A stretch of DNA of 64,000 nucleotides, from NCBI GenBank assembly GCA_021205245.1, contig JAJPXZ010000103.1, positions 10,575 to 74,574 on the forward strand, given 5' to 3'. The position numbers were made by a program, and so were the translations under genes. Below the pieces are notes generated by a model that ran no database searches, was not told the DNA's origin, and saw only the letters and a program-made list of their open reading frames with translations. Source of the stretch: Planctomycetaceae bacterium (GTDB lineage Bacteria; Planctomycetota; SZUA-567). Shown one piece after another: positions 33,660 to 43,560 of the stretch. Positions within the stretch are counted from its first letter, which is position 1. Each line of letters begins with the position of its first letter.

Positions 33660-34769
33660 CTATTTACTCTCGAGGAATTTCCGCAGCCGCGCCAGACCCG
33701 CCTGATCCACTTCCATAAACTGCACGCCGACCCCTCGCGGCATGGGCGGCGACGATTTCCAACGCACTATGCCAAAGGCGTGGACGTTGCCTTCCACCCC
33801 TTTCAGGGTAAAGTCGAGTTCCAGAATTGAACCAATAACGAGCAGCTCATCGTCTGTTTCAACAAAGACGCCGCTTTCGCCGATGTCGCGGACCTTCAGG
33901 AGAATTGCGGCCGTTTCGTCCGGTGTCGCCGAGCGGCGGCGGAGCGCGACTTCAAACTCGGCCGGCACGCGCCGGTACATGCGTTTTCGCCGCATTGTTG
34001 GCCGTTCAGCCCCGACCCGCGCTTCCTCGAGGTGGCGCAGCCGCTGCAACGCGGTCCGTACCGCCTGCGGGCTTTCACCGCGCTGTTCCGGGTCGATGGC
34101 GCGCATCGAATCCAGCAGGGCGGCGATGTCCCGGTTGATGCTTTCGGGATCGAGGCTTTCCGCCAGCACGCAGCCGAGGCTGTAGACGTCGGTGCGCCAG
34201 TCGGCAGTGCCGCGCGCCATGAATTCAGGCGCCATGAAGCGTTGCTCGGCCATGAACAGCCGTTCGGCGTCGGTCATGCGGGGCGGCTGGAAAAAGTCGT
34301 TCACCCATACCGCGCCGGCTTCGTCCAGAAAGATGTTCCCGGTGGTGAGGTTGCCGTGGCAACGGGAGGTCGCGTGCAGTGTGGCCAGGCAGTCCATCAC
34401 CACTTCGCCTGTCGCGGCCAGGCGGTGCGGCGTCAGGGACGGCCCGATGTCCCGGAGCGACCGGCCCGGACACCACTGCATAACGATGCAGGCATGTTTC
34501 GGGAAGACGTTGAAAATCGGCAGGGCGGCCGGGTGGATGATTGCCGCCGCCTGGCGGCCGGCCGCCAGGAACGACTCGCGGAAAGCGGGGCTTTCGGCCA
34601 GGAACGGGCGCAGGATCTTGACGGCGACGCTTCGCCCCAGCCGCACCTGGTGCGCATGGTACCACTGCGAGCGCCTGCCCAGTCCGGCCCGCGAGACAAT
34701 GGCATAGCCGGGGGGGCCGTAGTCGCGCGCCCGGTTCACCTCGCCTGGTTCTCCCCGTTGCTCAGCCAT
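33660..34769 (-). CDS. Ser/Thr protein-kinase-like (predicted pseudokinase) fused to a C-terminal PilZ-like domain
   Basis: 369 aa from ATG 34769. The kinase fold has VAVK, APE (FMAPEF) and DVYSLGCVL. However, the catalytic loop reads HGNLTTGN (canonical HRDLKPxN) and DFG reads DFF. The C-terminus carries an RxxxR motif (RMYRR) and DIGESG in a PilZ-like beta-barrel context. Confidence 0.7.
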   Translation of the reverse strand: MAEQRGEPGEVNRARDYGPPGYAIVSRAGLGRRSQWYHAHQVRLGRSVAVKILRPFLAESPAFRESFLAAGRQAAAIIHPAALPIFNVFPKHACIVMQWCPGRSLRDIGPSLTPHRLAATGEVVMDCLATLHATSRCHGNLTTGNIFLDEAGAVWVNDFFQPPRMTDAERLFMAEQRFMAPEFMARGTADWRTDVYSLGCVLAESLDPESINRDIAALLDSMRAIDPEQRGESPQAVRTALQRLRHLEEARVGAERPTMRRKRMYRRVPAEFEVALRRRSATPDETAAILLKVRDIGESGVFVETDDELLVIGSILELDFTLKGVEGNVHAFGIVRWKSSPPMPRGVGVQFMEVDQAGLARLRKFLESK

Positions 34770-34789
34770 GGTGTACTTTCTCTTCCGGA

Positions 34790-35371
34790 TCAGCTTTCGT
34801 CCGGAAAGGTGTGGACAATGAACTCGACCTCGGTGGTCGAAAGGTTGGTGGCTTTGGCTATTTCGGCCACGCTTTTGCCGCCTTGGCGGAGCCGGTAAAT
34901 GCGTTCGTGCAGATCGGACAAAAACTTCGGTTGCGGCGGCAGAACGACAGTATCCATCTCGCTGCCGGCGGGCGGGTCGTCCGGCGTCATCGTCGTGGTT
35001 GTTGACGGGATTGTGCCCTGTTCCGTCTCCCGCGCCTGGGCGAGCAGCTTTTCCAACCTGGCGCACTTGTCGCCCGCGTCCTTGACGAGGCGGTTAAGGA
35101 CGCGAATTTTGCCATCGACCTCGGCGTTCAGGCTGCGGCTGGTCTCAAGCAGTTCGACGATTGCCTTGTCGGCCGCGTCGCGGTAGCGGTTTGGATCATC
35201 GTCGCGGGCGCGCATTTCCCTGGCGGTGAGCGGCGGGCCGGTGCGCGCCTTGCGCCAACGAGCGAACAAGCCAAGAAAACCGATAGCGGCCAAAATGAGC
35301 GCCAGTTGCCAATAGCCGCCGGTCTCGCGCGTCGCCGCTTCGGCCGTTTCCGCCGCCAGGATATAGTCCAT
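34790..35371 (-). CDS. Membrane-anchored protein with coiled coil and C-terminal HTH-like segment
   Basis: 193 aa. One N-terminal TM helix (YWQLALILAAIGFLGLFA), a coiled-coil middle, and a C-terminal GGKSVAEIAKATNLSTTEVEFIV. Confidence 0.5.
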   Translation of the reverse strand: MDYILAAETAEAATRETGGYWQLALILAAIGFLGLFARWRKARTGPPLTAREMRARDDDPNRYRDAADKAIVELLETSRSLNAEVDGKIRVLNRLVKDAGDKCARLEKLLAQARETEQGTIPSTTTTMTPDDPPAGSEMDTVVLPPQPKFLSDLHERIYRLRQGGKSVAEIAKATNLSTTEVEFIVHTFPDES

Positions 35372-35423
35372 ACCCGTCCCCCGTCAGTCCGCGCTCCCGC
35401 ACGGGTCGCCCTCGTGAATCGCC

Positions 35424-37127
35424 TTAAAGGGCGTTATCAAGCGCGTCCTTGCAATAGATGCCCCACATGCTGTCGGCCGAACGCTCGACCCCGAAGCGGA
35501 AGCACTCGTTCGCAGCCTCCAGATCGCCCCGGCTACGCATAAACATGCCGGCGATGAACAGGGTCTCGCCGTCTTCGGGCGCAAGCTGCATGGCGGCGTT
35601 GAACTGCAGTCCCGCCGCTTCGATTTCCCCCTGCTGCCAGTAAATGGAGGCGAGCCGTCGGTGCAGCTTGTAATCCGCTTCACCCGAGGAAATTTGTTTC
35701 TCGAGGCGGCGGCAGATCGCCACCATGGTCTGCGGGCCGACGCCACGGAGGTTCGTCGGCAGCATTGGTCCCGACAGATCGGGGCCGATCATTTCGCGGA
35801 AGAACGCCCGCCTCGTCGGTTGCATGGCATTGACCTCGCCCTTGGTCAAGCGGGTCAGCCAGGCGCGGTAATCGGCGGGAAAATCGTTCTGGAACACCGC
35901 GCCGGGAAAGCGTTTCTCAAACGCCGCCCGCAGCGTTCCCCCCTGGTTGAACTTGTCGTCCAGCATGCGCAGCCACGCCAGGGCGGTGGCGACAGAATCG
36001 TCGACGCCGACCATCGGCCGGTGGGCGAGGAGGATGGTGCCGGTCAGCCAGGTGAAGAAGCCGCGTCCCGACCCGGGGACGATAATGATGGGCGGCAGCA
36101 CGACGAGCGACCGGTCGAAGGCCTGGGCCAGTGGCAGAAATGCGGCGATGGAGCTTTTGGTCAGGCGCGGCGGATCGCCGTAGAAGACGGTATCCGGTTC
36201 GGTCTTGCCGTCGATGGCGCTCATCAGGGTCATGCGCATGCGAATTTGCCGTGCCTCGCGCATGATGGCGTCGACGTTCGGGTCGGTGACGGAAACGGAT
36301 TGATCGACCTCCCGCGTCCCGGACTGTTTCTGCGGCGCGGCCTGTTCTTCTTCGCCGGCTACATAGGCTTCATAGCGGGCGCGCCATTCGCGCGTATACA
36401 CTTCATTCAGCATTTCGAACAACCGCAGTGCGCCCTGGTTGTTGGCGCGGGCGCGGGCCTTGGCCAGGATCTGTTCACGGAGAGCCCAGAGGTGGTGGCG
36501 TCGGAGGAAGGTCTTCCGCCGTGGATCGCGTATGGCGGCAATGCCGCCGGCGATGATGACCCGGTCGAGATCGCCGGTGCGCATCGCTTCCGACACCTCC
36601 AGCGGCACGCCGGGAAGGCCGGTGAAGAACGGCGCGAGGCGCGACAGCACCCGCCGCCTCGCTTCGCCGAGTTGCTGCGCGTATTTGTCGTCTTCCGATT
36701 CCGGAGCTTCCGTAATATCGAACTCGAGCTGCATCTGGTGCTGGCGGTTCGCCAGCCATTCGCTCAGGTAATAACAGCCGGAGAGGGTTTTGGACTTCAC
36801 CTCGCTGGTCAGATCGTTGAGGGTCTGCAGTTGCGTGCGGAAATTGCCCGACAGCATGCGCGGGTCGACCAGGCCGATGTCGGTGAACAACCGCTCGTCG
36901 TCGGCGAACTCGAGCGAGGTGCGCCGTCGTGCCAGCGCGCCGGAAAGGATGGAGTAGAACAGCCGCCAATATCGCCCCTGAATAGTCCGCAGGTGCTGAA
37001 TCCGTTCCCTGGCACCGTTTTCGTTCCCGGCCTGGGCGGCGGTGTCGGCGGTGACGAAGGCGTTCACCGCCAGCGAGACGTCTTGCTGGCGATGCAAAAT
37101 CCTCGTGCCTTGGCCGATTGCGGTCAC
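35424..37127 (-). CDS. Large hypothetical protein with C-terminal TPR repeats
   Basis: The ORF runs to 37211. GTG 37127 was chosen because it forms a GTGA overlap with the rsmD stop. The C-terminal ~100 aa are TPR-like (LASIYWQQGEIEAAGLQFNAAMQLAPEDGETLFIAGMFMRSRGDLEAANECF). Confidence 0.55.
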   Translation of the reverse strand: MTAIGQGTRILHRQQDVSLAVNAFVTADTAAQAGNENGARERIQHLRTIQGRYWRLFYSILSGALARRRTSLEFADDERLFTDIGLVDPRMLSGNFRTQLQTLNDLTSEVKSKTLSGCYYLSEWLANRQHQMQLEFDITEAPESEDDKYAQQLGEARRRVLSRLAPFFTGLPGVPLEVSEAMRTGDLDRVIIAGGIAAIRDPRRKTFLRRHHLWALREQILAKARARANNQGALRLFEMLNEVYTREWRARYEAYVAGEEEQAAPQKQSGTREVDQSVSVTDPNVDAIMREARQIRMRMTLMSAIDGKTEPDTVFYGDPPRLTKSSIAAFLPLAQAFDRSLVVLPPIIIVPGSGRGFFTWLTGTILLAHRPMVGVDDSVATALAWLRMLDDKFNQGGTLRAAFEKRFPGAVFQNDFPADYRAWLTRLTKGEVNAMQPTRRAFFREMIGPDLSGPMLPTNLRGVGPQTMVAICRRLEKQISSGEADYKLHRRLASIYWQQGEIEAAGLQFNAAMQLAPEDGETLFIAGMFMRSRGDLEAANECFRFGVERSADSMWGIYCKDALDNAL

Positions 37128-37699
37128 GCGTCTCCTCCGGTTGCATTGCCGTAGCGGCACACGCGGCTGCGGCCGTAACGCCTTTCGTCCACCAGTTCCA
37201 GTCCCGGCCATTCCGGTGGCGGGACTTTGCGGTCCTCGATACGCAGGACGACGACGCCGTCCGGCGCGAGGATTCGCGCGGCGTGGCGCATCGTTTCTTC
37301 CGCCTGCCCGCCGATGCGCCAGCCCGGCAGATCCGGGAAGGGCGGGTCGAAGAGGACGAGGTCGAACTCGTTGTCCCCAAACCCGGCCACCGCCCTGCCG
37401 GCGTCCTGCCGGAGGATTGTCGCCTCCGCGCTAAATCCGCACTTGGCGATGTTGCGGGCCAGAGCCGAGGCGGCGCGCGGGTCGCGCTCGACGAACACAC
37501 ATCTTTCAGCCCCTCGTGACAAAGCCTCGAGGCCAAGCGCGCCCGACCCGGCGTAGACGTCCAGGACGCGCGCTTCGGGCAATATCGGCATAAGCGAGTT
37601 GAACAAGGCCCCCCGGGCCATCTCCAGAAACGGCCTGGTGGTCGACCCGGCCGCGACTTCGAGTTCGGTGCGTCTGGCGCTTCCTGCGATAATTCTCAC
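37124..37699 (-). CDS. rsmD: 16S rRNA (guanine966-N2)-methyltransferase
   Basis: 191 aa. Motifs: MRIIAG...TRP, SAM motif VLDVYAGSGALGLEALSRGA, and the DPPF motif (LVLFDPPF). Confidence 0.85.
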   Translation of the reverse strand: MRIIAGSARRTELEVAAGSTTRPFLEMARGALFNSLMPILPEARVLDVYAGSGALGLEALSRGAERCVFVERDPRAASALARNIAKCGFSAEATILRQDAGRAVAGFGDNEFDLVLFDPPFPDLPGWRIGGQAEETMRHAARILAPDGVVVLRIEDRKVPPPEWPGLELVDERRYGRSRVCRYGNATGGDA

Positions 37700-38406
37700 C
37701 CGGCGGCCTCCGCTGGAGCCGGCTCGCTCCCGACGGGATTGGCGCGTTCCATCCGGTCCCTGAGGTATTCCAACTTGGTGCGGAGCTGACTCGAAAGCGA
37801 CTCCGCGCCCGATTCACCCAGCATTGCATTCGCCATCACCATCGAGGACGCGTGGTCAAGCTCGCGGAAAAAGCGGAGCGCGTCGGAGGAAATTTCATCG
37901 TAGCTGTCGAACACTTCGGTCCTGCCTTCGCCGGATTCCAGCATTTCGCGGAGGCGGACCGAGTTTTCCTCCAGTTCGTTCACGCGCGACTGTTCCGACT
38001 TGGCCTTGATGAGGCTGCCCTCGTCCTGCAGTTTACGCACGTATTCCTTGCCTTCCTGGATTTTCCGCACCACGGTCTCAAGTTCCTCGCGGTAGCCGTT
38101 CTCGGTTTTTACCGCGTCCTCGATGACCTTCTGGTGGCGCATGAGCAGGGTCTCGACCGCTGCGGTGGCGATATCGCCGATGCAGGCGTATTTACGAATC
38201 AGCAAACTCGCCATGGGGGCGTCGCGGTCGTGGCACAGGTGCAGGTGGTCGAGGGCGGAACGAAAATCGCGAATATCACGGGTCTCCAGGCCCCAACGGA
38301 GGTAGCGTTCACCCATGGTGAGGGGCTCGAGAAACGCGGTCAAGGAGTCGCGGCGACCCATCATCACCGAGATAAAATAGTTGAAAAACTCCCTCAACAT
38401 ATTCAT
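37696..38406 (-). CDS. Hypothetical coiled-coil protein
   Basis: 236-aa ORF rich in E/R/L heptad-like sequence. Its stop overlaps the rsmD ATG (ATGA). Confidence 0.5.
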   Translation of the reverse strand: MNMLREFFNYFISVMMGRRDSLTAFLEPLTMGERYLRWGLETRDIRDFRSALDHLHLCHDRDAPMASLLIRKYACIGDIATAAVETLLMRHQKVIEDAVKTENGYREELETVVRKIQEGKEYVRKLQDEGSLIKAKSEQSRVNELEENSVRLREMLESGEGRTEVFDSYDEISSDALRFFRELDHASSMVMANAMLGESGAESLSSQLRTKLEYLRDRMERANPVGSEPAPAEAAG

Positions 38407-38601
38407 GAAGCCGCGTCTCCGTCAAGTTTAACGACAATAGATACCAATTATGGCGGGATGGGCGAAAAACTCAAGAAGAACACGGCGAAGTAGTATGGTA
38501 AAAACGTAATGTAAACCCGTGTGAAGCGATTCAGGCAGCTTGGAGCAAAAAAAGCAGCGCCACCGTAAGGCAGCGCTGTTTCGTTGCAATCGCACAAATG
38601 T

Positions 38602-38679
38602 TTACATCACCCCGCAGGACCGGAGGAGGAACAGGGCCAGGGCGATGGCCACCGCCAGGCTGATGACGCGGATGATCAT
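38602..38679 (-). CDS. Candidate 25-aa hydrophobic micropeptide
   Basis: MIIRVISLAVAIALALFLLRSCGVM. It is preceded by AAAAAGGGGTG and followed by a hairpin plus T7 tract at about 38553-38590 on the minus strand. It is below the ORF-track size cutoff and has no homology evidence. Confidence 0.2.
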   Translation of the reverse strand: MIIRVISLAVAIALALFLLRSCGVM

Positions 38680-38792
38680 GGTAGCACCCCTTTTTCAGTA
38701 TATCAGTGCCAACCCCACCCGGGTTTTCGTGGGCGGCATCGGCACGCCCTCACCAGTGTATGTACAGGTGGGGGAGGGTTGCCATTCGCCAC

Positions 38793-38880
38793 TAGCGCTT
38801 TTCACAGAGTATTTGATCCCGTAGTGCGTTTTACGGTTGAACTTGAATACACCGAAAAGCGTAGAAGGAACGGTCACATA
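38793..38880 (-). repeat. Family-2 conserved intergenic element, copy C
   Basis: The reverse complement reads TATGTGACCGTTCCTTCTACGCTTTTCGGTGTATTCAAGTTCAACCGTAAAACGCACTACGGGATCAAATACTCTGTGAAAAGCG. It is collinear with copies A and B. Confidence 0.7.
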
Positions 38881-38895
38881 GAAGTACGCACTCCC

Positions 38896-41892
38896 TTACG
38901 AATACCGCCAATAATCCGGGCTCTTGCTGGAGCGCATAACGGCGCGCCAAATTTCGCCGACCCAGAGAACCGGTGAGGTCAGAACGATAATCGCCACCCA
39001 TTCCTTCAAGGACAAGGGCGTGACACGGAACATTTCGCCGCCGAACTCAACCAGCAGCAGTTGCCCGAGGACGATGATCCCCGCCATAAGCAGGAAGCCA
39101 CGACTACCCCTAAGGTGACTGAATGCGGACCGGGTGGAGCCGAAAACGCGCGCATTCCAGAGGTTCCAGAACTGCATGAAGACAAAAGCCGAGAAGAAGA
39201 TGGTCAGGTTATGTCGGCCGAGCGTAGTGGAGGCGTCGAGGGAAAAATAGTTCCTGAACACCATGGTAATGATAAACAATACCAGAAAACACGCGCCAAC
39301 CCCAAGGATGAAATTCCGCATCGGCTTGGTGATGATGGACGCCCCCTGTTTTCGCGGCTGGTTTTTCATCAGGCCCCAGTCCGGCGGTTCGGACGCGAGG
39401 GCGAGAGCGGCAAAGGTTTATTTAATGTATTTGACCGAGATCTTCTGAATGAGTTTATGCGGCAGCGTAACGCCCAGGAACGGCCCGAGAAGCGCGATGC
39501 CGACGGCGGCGACGTTGATGGTGAGTTGGAAGACGACAAACTTTTGGATATTCGCATAGAGGCTGCGGCCCCAGGCGACAGCGTTGACGATAGAGGTAAA
39601 CGAATCGTCCAGGAGGATAATGTCAGCAGCCTCCTTGGCAACGGCGGTACCGGTCTTGCCCATGGCCAAACCGACGTCGGCATGGTTAAGGGCGGGGGCG
39701 TCGTTGGTACCGTCGCCGGTCACCGCCACCACCTCGCCCCGGCTTTGCAGCAGCTTGACCAGACGCAGCTTGTGGAGCGGCCGGGCGCGGGACATGACTT
39801 TTATCTGCTCGGCCCGCTCGGTCGCCTCAGCGTCAGCCATGGCTTCGAAGTTTTCGCCCGTGACAATGCGGACATCGGTGTCGTCCTCTTTCCACAACCC
39901 GGCCTGGCGGGCGATTTCCCGCGCTGTCGCCTGGTTGTCGCCCGTGACCACCTTGACCTGGATGCCCGCACCGATGGCGGCGTCGATAGCGTCGCGGACA
40001 TCGGGCCGGATGGGGTCGGCGATGACGAAAAACCCTTCCCACACCATGCCGGATAGATTCGGGTCGATCTCGTGGGCGAGGTACGCTTCGTCCACCGCTT
40101 TCGATGAAAAACCGAGAATGCGCATGCCCCGGTTCTGGAAAGCGAGGGCGTCGGCGATGGTTTTGTCCCGCATGGACGCGTCCAGCGGGCAGACTTCGCC
40201 CGTGCTGTCGCGGCCGAATTCGCAGCGGGCGAGGAGTATTTCCACCGCGCCTTTGGCGTAGAGAACCGGCTTGCCGTCGAGGGCGCTCCGGCCGGCGGTG
40301 GCCATGAATTTGCGTTCGGTCGAGAATGTCAACTGCTGCGCCGTGTCGAACGCGTCGCGGACCACCTGGTAATCACGGCCCGAGTTTTGCAGCCAGAGGA
40401 GAATAGCCGCTTCGGTGGGGTTGCCCATCGGCTCCCAACGTCCTTCCTGCAGCATCAGGTTGGCGGTGGAGTTGGCGCAGGCTGCTTCGGCGAGCCGGTT
40501 CGCGGCGACGCCATCCTGGGGCAGTGGTCCTTCGCCCAGGAACGGGAACACCGCCCGGTGTACCCGCATTTCGTTCATGGTTAGGGTGCCGGTCTTGTCG
40601 CTGCAGATAACGCTGGCCGCGCCAATCGTCTCGCAGGCGTGCATCTTGCGGACCAGATTATTGGACGCAGTCATCTTGCGCATCGAATAGGCGAGGGCGA
40701 GGGCGACGCACATCGGCAGCCCTTCCGGCACCGCCACAACGATGACCGTCACCGCCAGCATGAAGTAACTGAGGAACGATGTGAGGGCGGAGATGGGCAG
40801 CCAGTCGCCGTCCCAGGCCAGCAGGCCGGAAAGCATGCCGACAAGAATTCCGGCAATGCCGACGCCGATGGCGATGGCGGCGAGCCGGAAAAACTTGTTC
40901 TTGCCGCCCGACTCCATCCATGGCCGGTCGAGATGCGCTTTGCCAAGCACCTTCAGGGCGTCCCGGAGGACCGGCAGCCATATCTGCGCGCAGAGGATGG
41001 CCAAGACCACGGCGAGCAGGGCGAAACAATACCATTGCCCGGTGGAAAGGGGCGTCCGCACCAGGCGTCCGCCGATTTCGTTCAGGTCGTAGATTTCGCC
41101 GTTGACGCCGCCCCGCACCGTCTGGGCGACGAAGATAATGCCTGCGGCCAGGAACGCGCCGATGGAGATGAGGCCGGCGAGGCGTTCCAGTTGTTTGGCC
41201 AGGGGCGTCATGGCGTCGGTCGTTTCGCCTGCGGCGCGGGCGGTTTTGCCGATTTCCGACTTGTCGCCGACAGCGGTGAGGCGGACGATGCCGTGGCCGT
41301 CCGAGACGGTGGTGCCACGGAGGACGACATTGCGCGGATAGGCAAGGCCGGAGTCGCCGTCGTCCTGCACCCGTTTTGCCACCGGCACCGATTCGCCGGT
41401 GAGGCTCGACTCGTTGATGCTGAGGGACACCGCCTGCAGCACCACGGCGTCGCCGGGGAGTTCCGCCCCCTGTTCAACCATGACGATATCGCCGACGACG
41501 AGATCCATCTTCGGCACCATGCCGCGCTGGCCGTCGCGGATGACCGGCACGTCCTCGGTGTCCGATACCTGGTTGAGAATTTCGAACTCCTGCGCCGCCC
41601 GGTATTCGTTAAAAAAGGAGATGCCGGTCGACAGCAGCACGGCGACGAGGATGCCGACACCTTCTAGGAGTTCGCCCTCGCGCAGCCCCACCAGCAGCGC
41701 CACGACGGCGGCGATAAGGAGGATGCGGATAATCGGGTCTTTGAATTTTTCCAGGTACAATTTCCACCACGGGTCGCGCTCCGGCGGCGTGAGGACGTTC
41801 GCGCCGTGCTGGCGGCGGCTTTCCTCGACCTGGCTTGGCGTCAGGCCCCAGAGCGGGTCGTTTTGATTGGTAGGGGTAGCGTGAAGGGACAT
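38896..41892 (-). pseudogene. Ca2+/cation-transporting P-type ATPase (type II) interrupted by an in-frame TAA
   Basis: The 824-aa ORF (39418..41892) carries DKTGTLT, TGDN and VAVTGDGTNDAPAL. The 157-aa ORF (38896..39369) is the Cation_ATPase_C part. Both are in the same frame. Reading through TAA 39418-39420 gives ...LPHKLIQKISVKYIK*TFAALALASEPP..., where PMCA-type pumps have ...[27 protein letters not shown]. Confidence 0.75.
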
Positions 41893-42025
41893 GAAGTATC
41901 CTTATACTGTCAAAATGAAACGGCCAGGCAAATTGTCTCGGCGGGAGGGCATGGGCGCAATATAAAACGGCGAATCGCCTCCGCGATCCGCCGTTGTAGT
42001 GAAGGTGTAATTACTCTACCAAATA

Positions 42026-43378
42026 CTACGCCAGCCGCGCCGACGCCTTGTTCGGCAAAGCCGGACCCGACGCCACCCGTGTGGATTTGTAATACCACAC
42101 GCCCGCCACGACAAAGGTCACCAACTCGGCAACCGACAGGGCGATCCAGATGGACTCCGCGCCCCACGCCACGGGGAAGCCGAATAGGAATATCGGCACA
42201 AACACGGCGGAGCGGAACAACGCCAGCACAAACGCGGGCATGGCGCGCTGGATTGACTGGAAGAAGGTGATGACCAGTATGGTTATCCCGGCAAAGACAA
42301 AGCCGGAGAAATAGATCGTCGCCTTGCTGTGGGTAAAGGCAATAAGTTCGGCGTCGCTCGGGGTAAAGATGGCGATAAAGCCGCCCGAGAAAAAGACCAC
42401 ACCCGCGTACAGCACAATACCCAGGAACGCCACCATCTTAAACAGGAACCCCATCAGTTCGCGGTTGCGGCCGTGATCGTGCTTACCGTGGAAATAACTC
42501 ACCAGAGGCTGGATGCCTTGGGCAATACCCAGGAACACGGTCAGGATGATGAGGGCGATATAGCCAATCGTCAGATAGGCGGCGAGGCCGATTTCACCAA
42601 AGCCGTTCCGGTTGATGGCGATGTTGTAGAACAGGGTCACGATGCCGATGGAGAACTCCATCACGAACGCGGGCGCGCCCAAATAGAGGATGTTCCAGGC
42701 CAGCTTCGGCGACAATTGCGGCCATGAAAAGCGGAGCATGCCTTTGCCACGGAGAAAATGCGGCAGCAGGATGATGACCGAGAAAATGGGGCCGAGGGCG
42801 GTCGCCAACGCCGCGCCGGCGATGCCCATGTTCAGGGGATACATAAACACGTAGTCCAGGATGATGTTCGACACCGACCCGATCGCCAGAGCGATCATCG
42901 CCAGCTTCGGCTGGTTGTCGGCCCTCGCGTAGGAACTGAAGGCGAACGAGAGAATCAGGAACGGCGATCCGGTGACGATATACCAGAGGTAGGTGACAGC
43001 CTCATGCTGGATGTCCGGAGTCGAACCGAGCGACATGGCGAGCTGGTTAATGTAGATATTCCCAAACACCGCGATCAGAATGGACGACACCACGGCGAGG
43101 ACGATCGACAGGTTGAAGGCGCGGTTGGCCCGGGCGTTGTCGCCCGACCCGAACGACGACGAAATGATAATGCTCGCGCCGACGGAAATGGCGAGGGCGA
43201 GGGCGATAAGGATTTCCACCACCGGCACGGCGATTGCCGCCGCCGCCATGGCGTCGCGGCCGAGGCGGTTGCCGATAAACATGCCGTCGACGATAAGGTA
43301 GACCGAGTTCAGGAGCAGGCCAATCATCTGGGGGATGGCGTATTTCATAAACAGCCGGAACGGTTTTTCTTGGTACAT
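42026..43378 (-). CDS. MATE-family efflux transporter
   Basis: 450 aa from ATG 43378. MATE-type N-terminus (FMKYAIPQMIGLLLNSVYLIVDGMFIGNRLG) and many hydrophobic segments. Confidence 0.85.
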   Translation of the reverse strand: MYQEKPFRLFMKYAIPQMIGLLLNSVYLIVDGMFIGNRLGRDAMAAAAIAVPVVEILIALALAISVGASIIISSSFGSGDNARANRAFNLSIVLAVVSSILIAVFGNIYINQLAMSLGSTPDIQHEAVTYLWYIVTGSPFLILSFAFSSYARADNQPKLAMIALAIGSVSNIILDYVFMYPLNMGIAGAALATALGPIFSVIILLPHFLRGKGMLRFSWPQLSPKLAWNILYLGAPAFVMEFSIGIVTLFYNIAINRNGFGEIGLAAYLTIGYIALIILTVFLGIAQGIQPLVSYFHGKHDHGRNRELMGFLFKMVAFLGIVLYAGVVFFSGGFIAIFTPSDAELIAFTHSKATIYFSGFVFAGITILVITFFQSIQRAMPAFVLALFRSAVFVPIFLFGFPVAWGAESIWIALSVAELVTFVVAGVWYYKSTRVASGPALPNKASARLA

Positions 43379-43430
43379 GGTCGTCTCGTTTCCTTGCCGC
43401 ATCGGGCGGCGCGCATACAAACTACCTGTC

Positions 43431-43464
43431 AAAAAAAAGCGGGGCGGACCCTGGGGTCCGCCCC
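43431..43464 (-). terminator. Strong rho-independent terminator (minus strand)
   Basis: GGGGCGGACCC-TG-GGGTCCGCCCC is a perfect 11-bp stem. On the minus strand it is followed by GC then T8. Confidence 0.75.
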
Positions 43465-43560
43465 GAACACAACCTGGTAATACTTCAATGCCTTTGTCTA
43501 CCGCTAAACAGGACGACACCGGCGCGCCATCCCGCGATAAAAAAGTATAGCGTTTTATAA

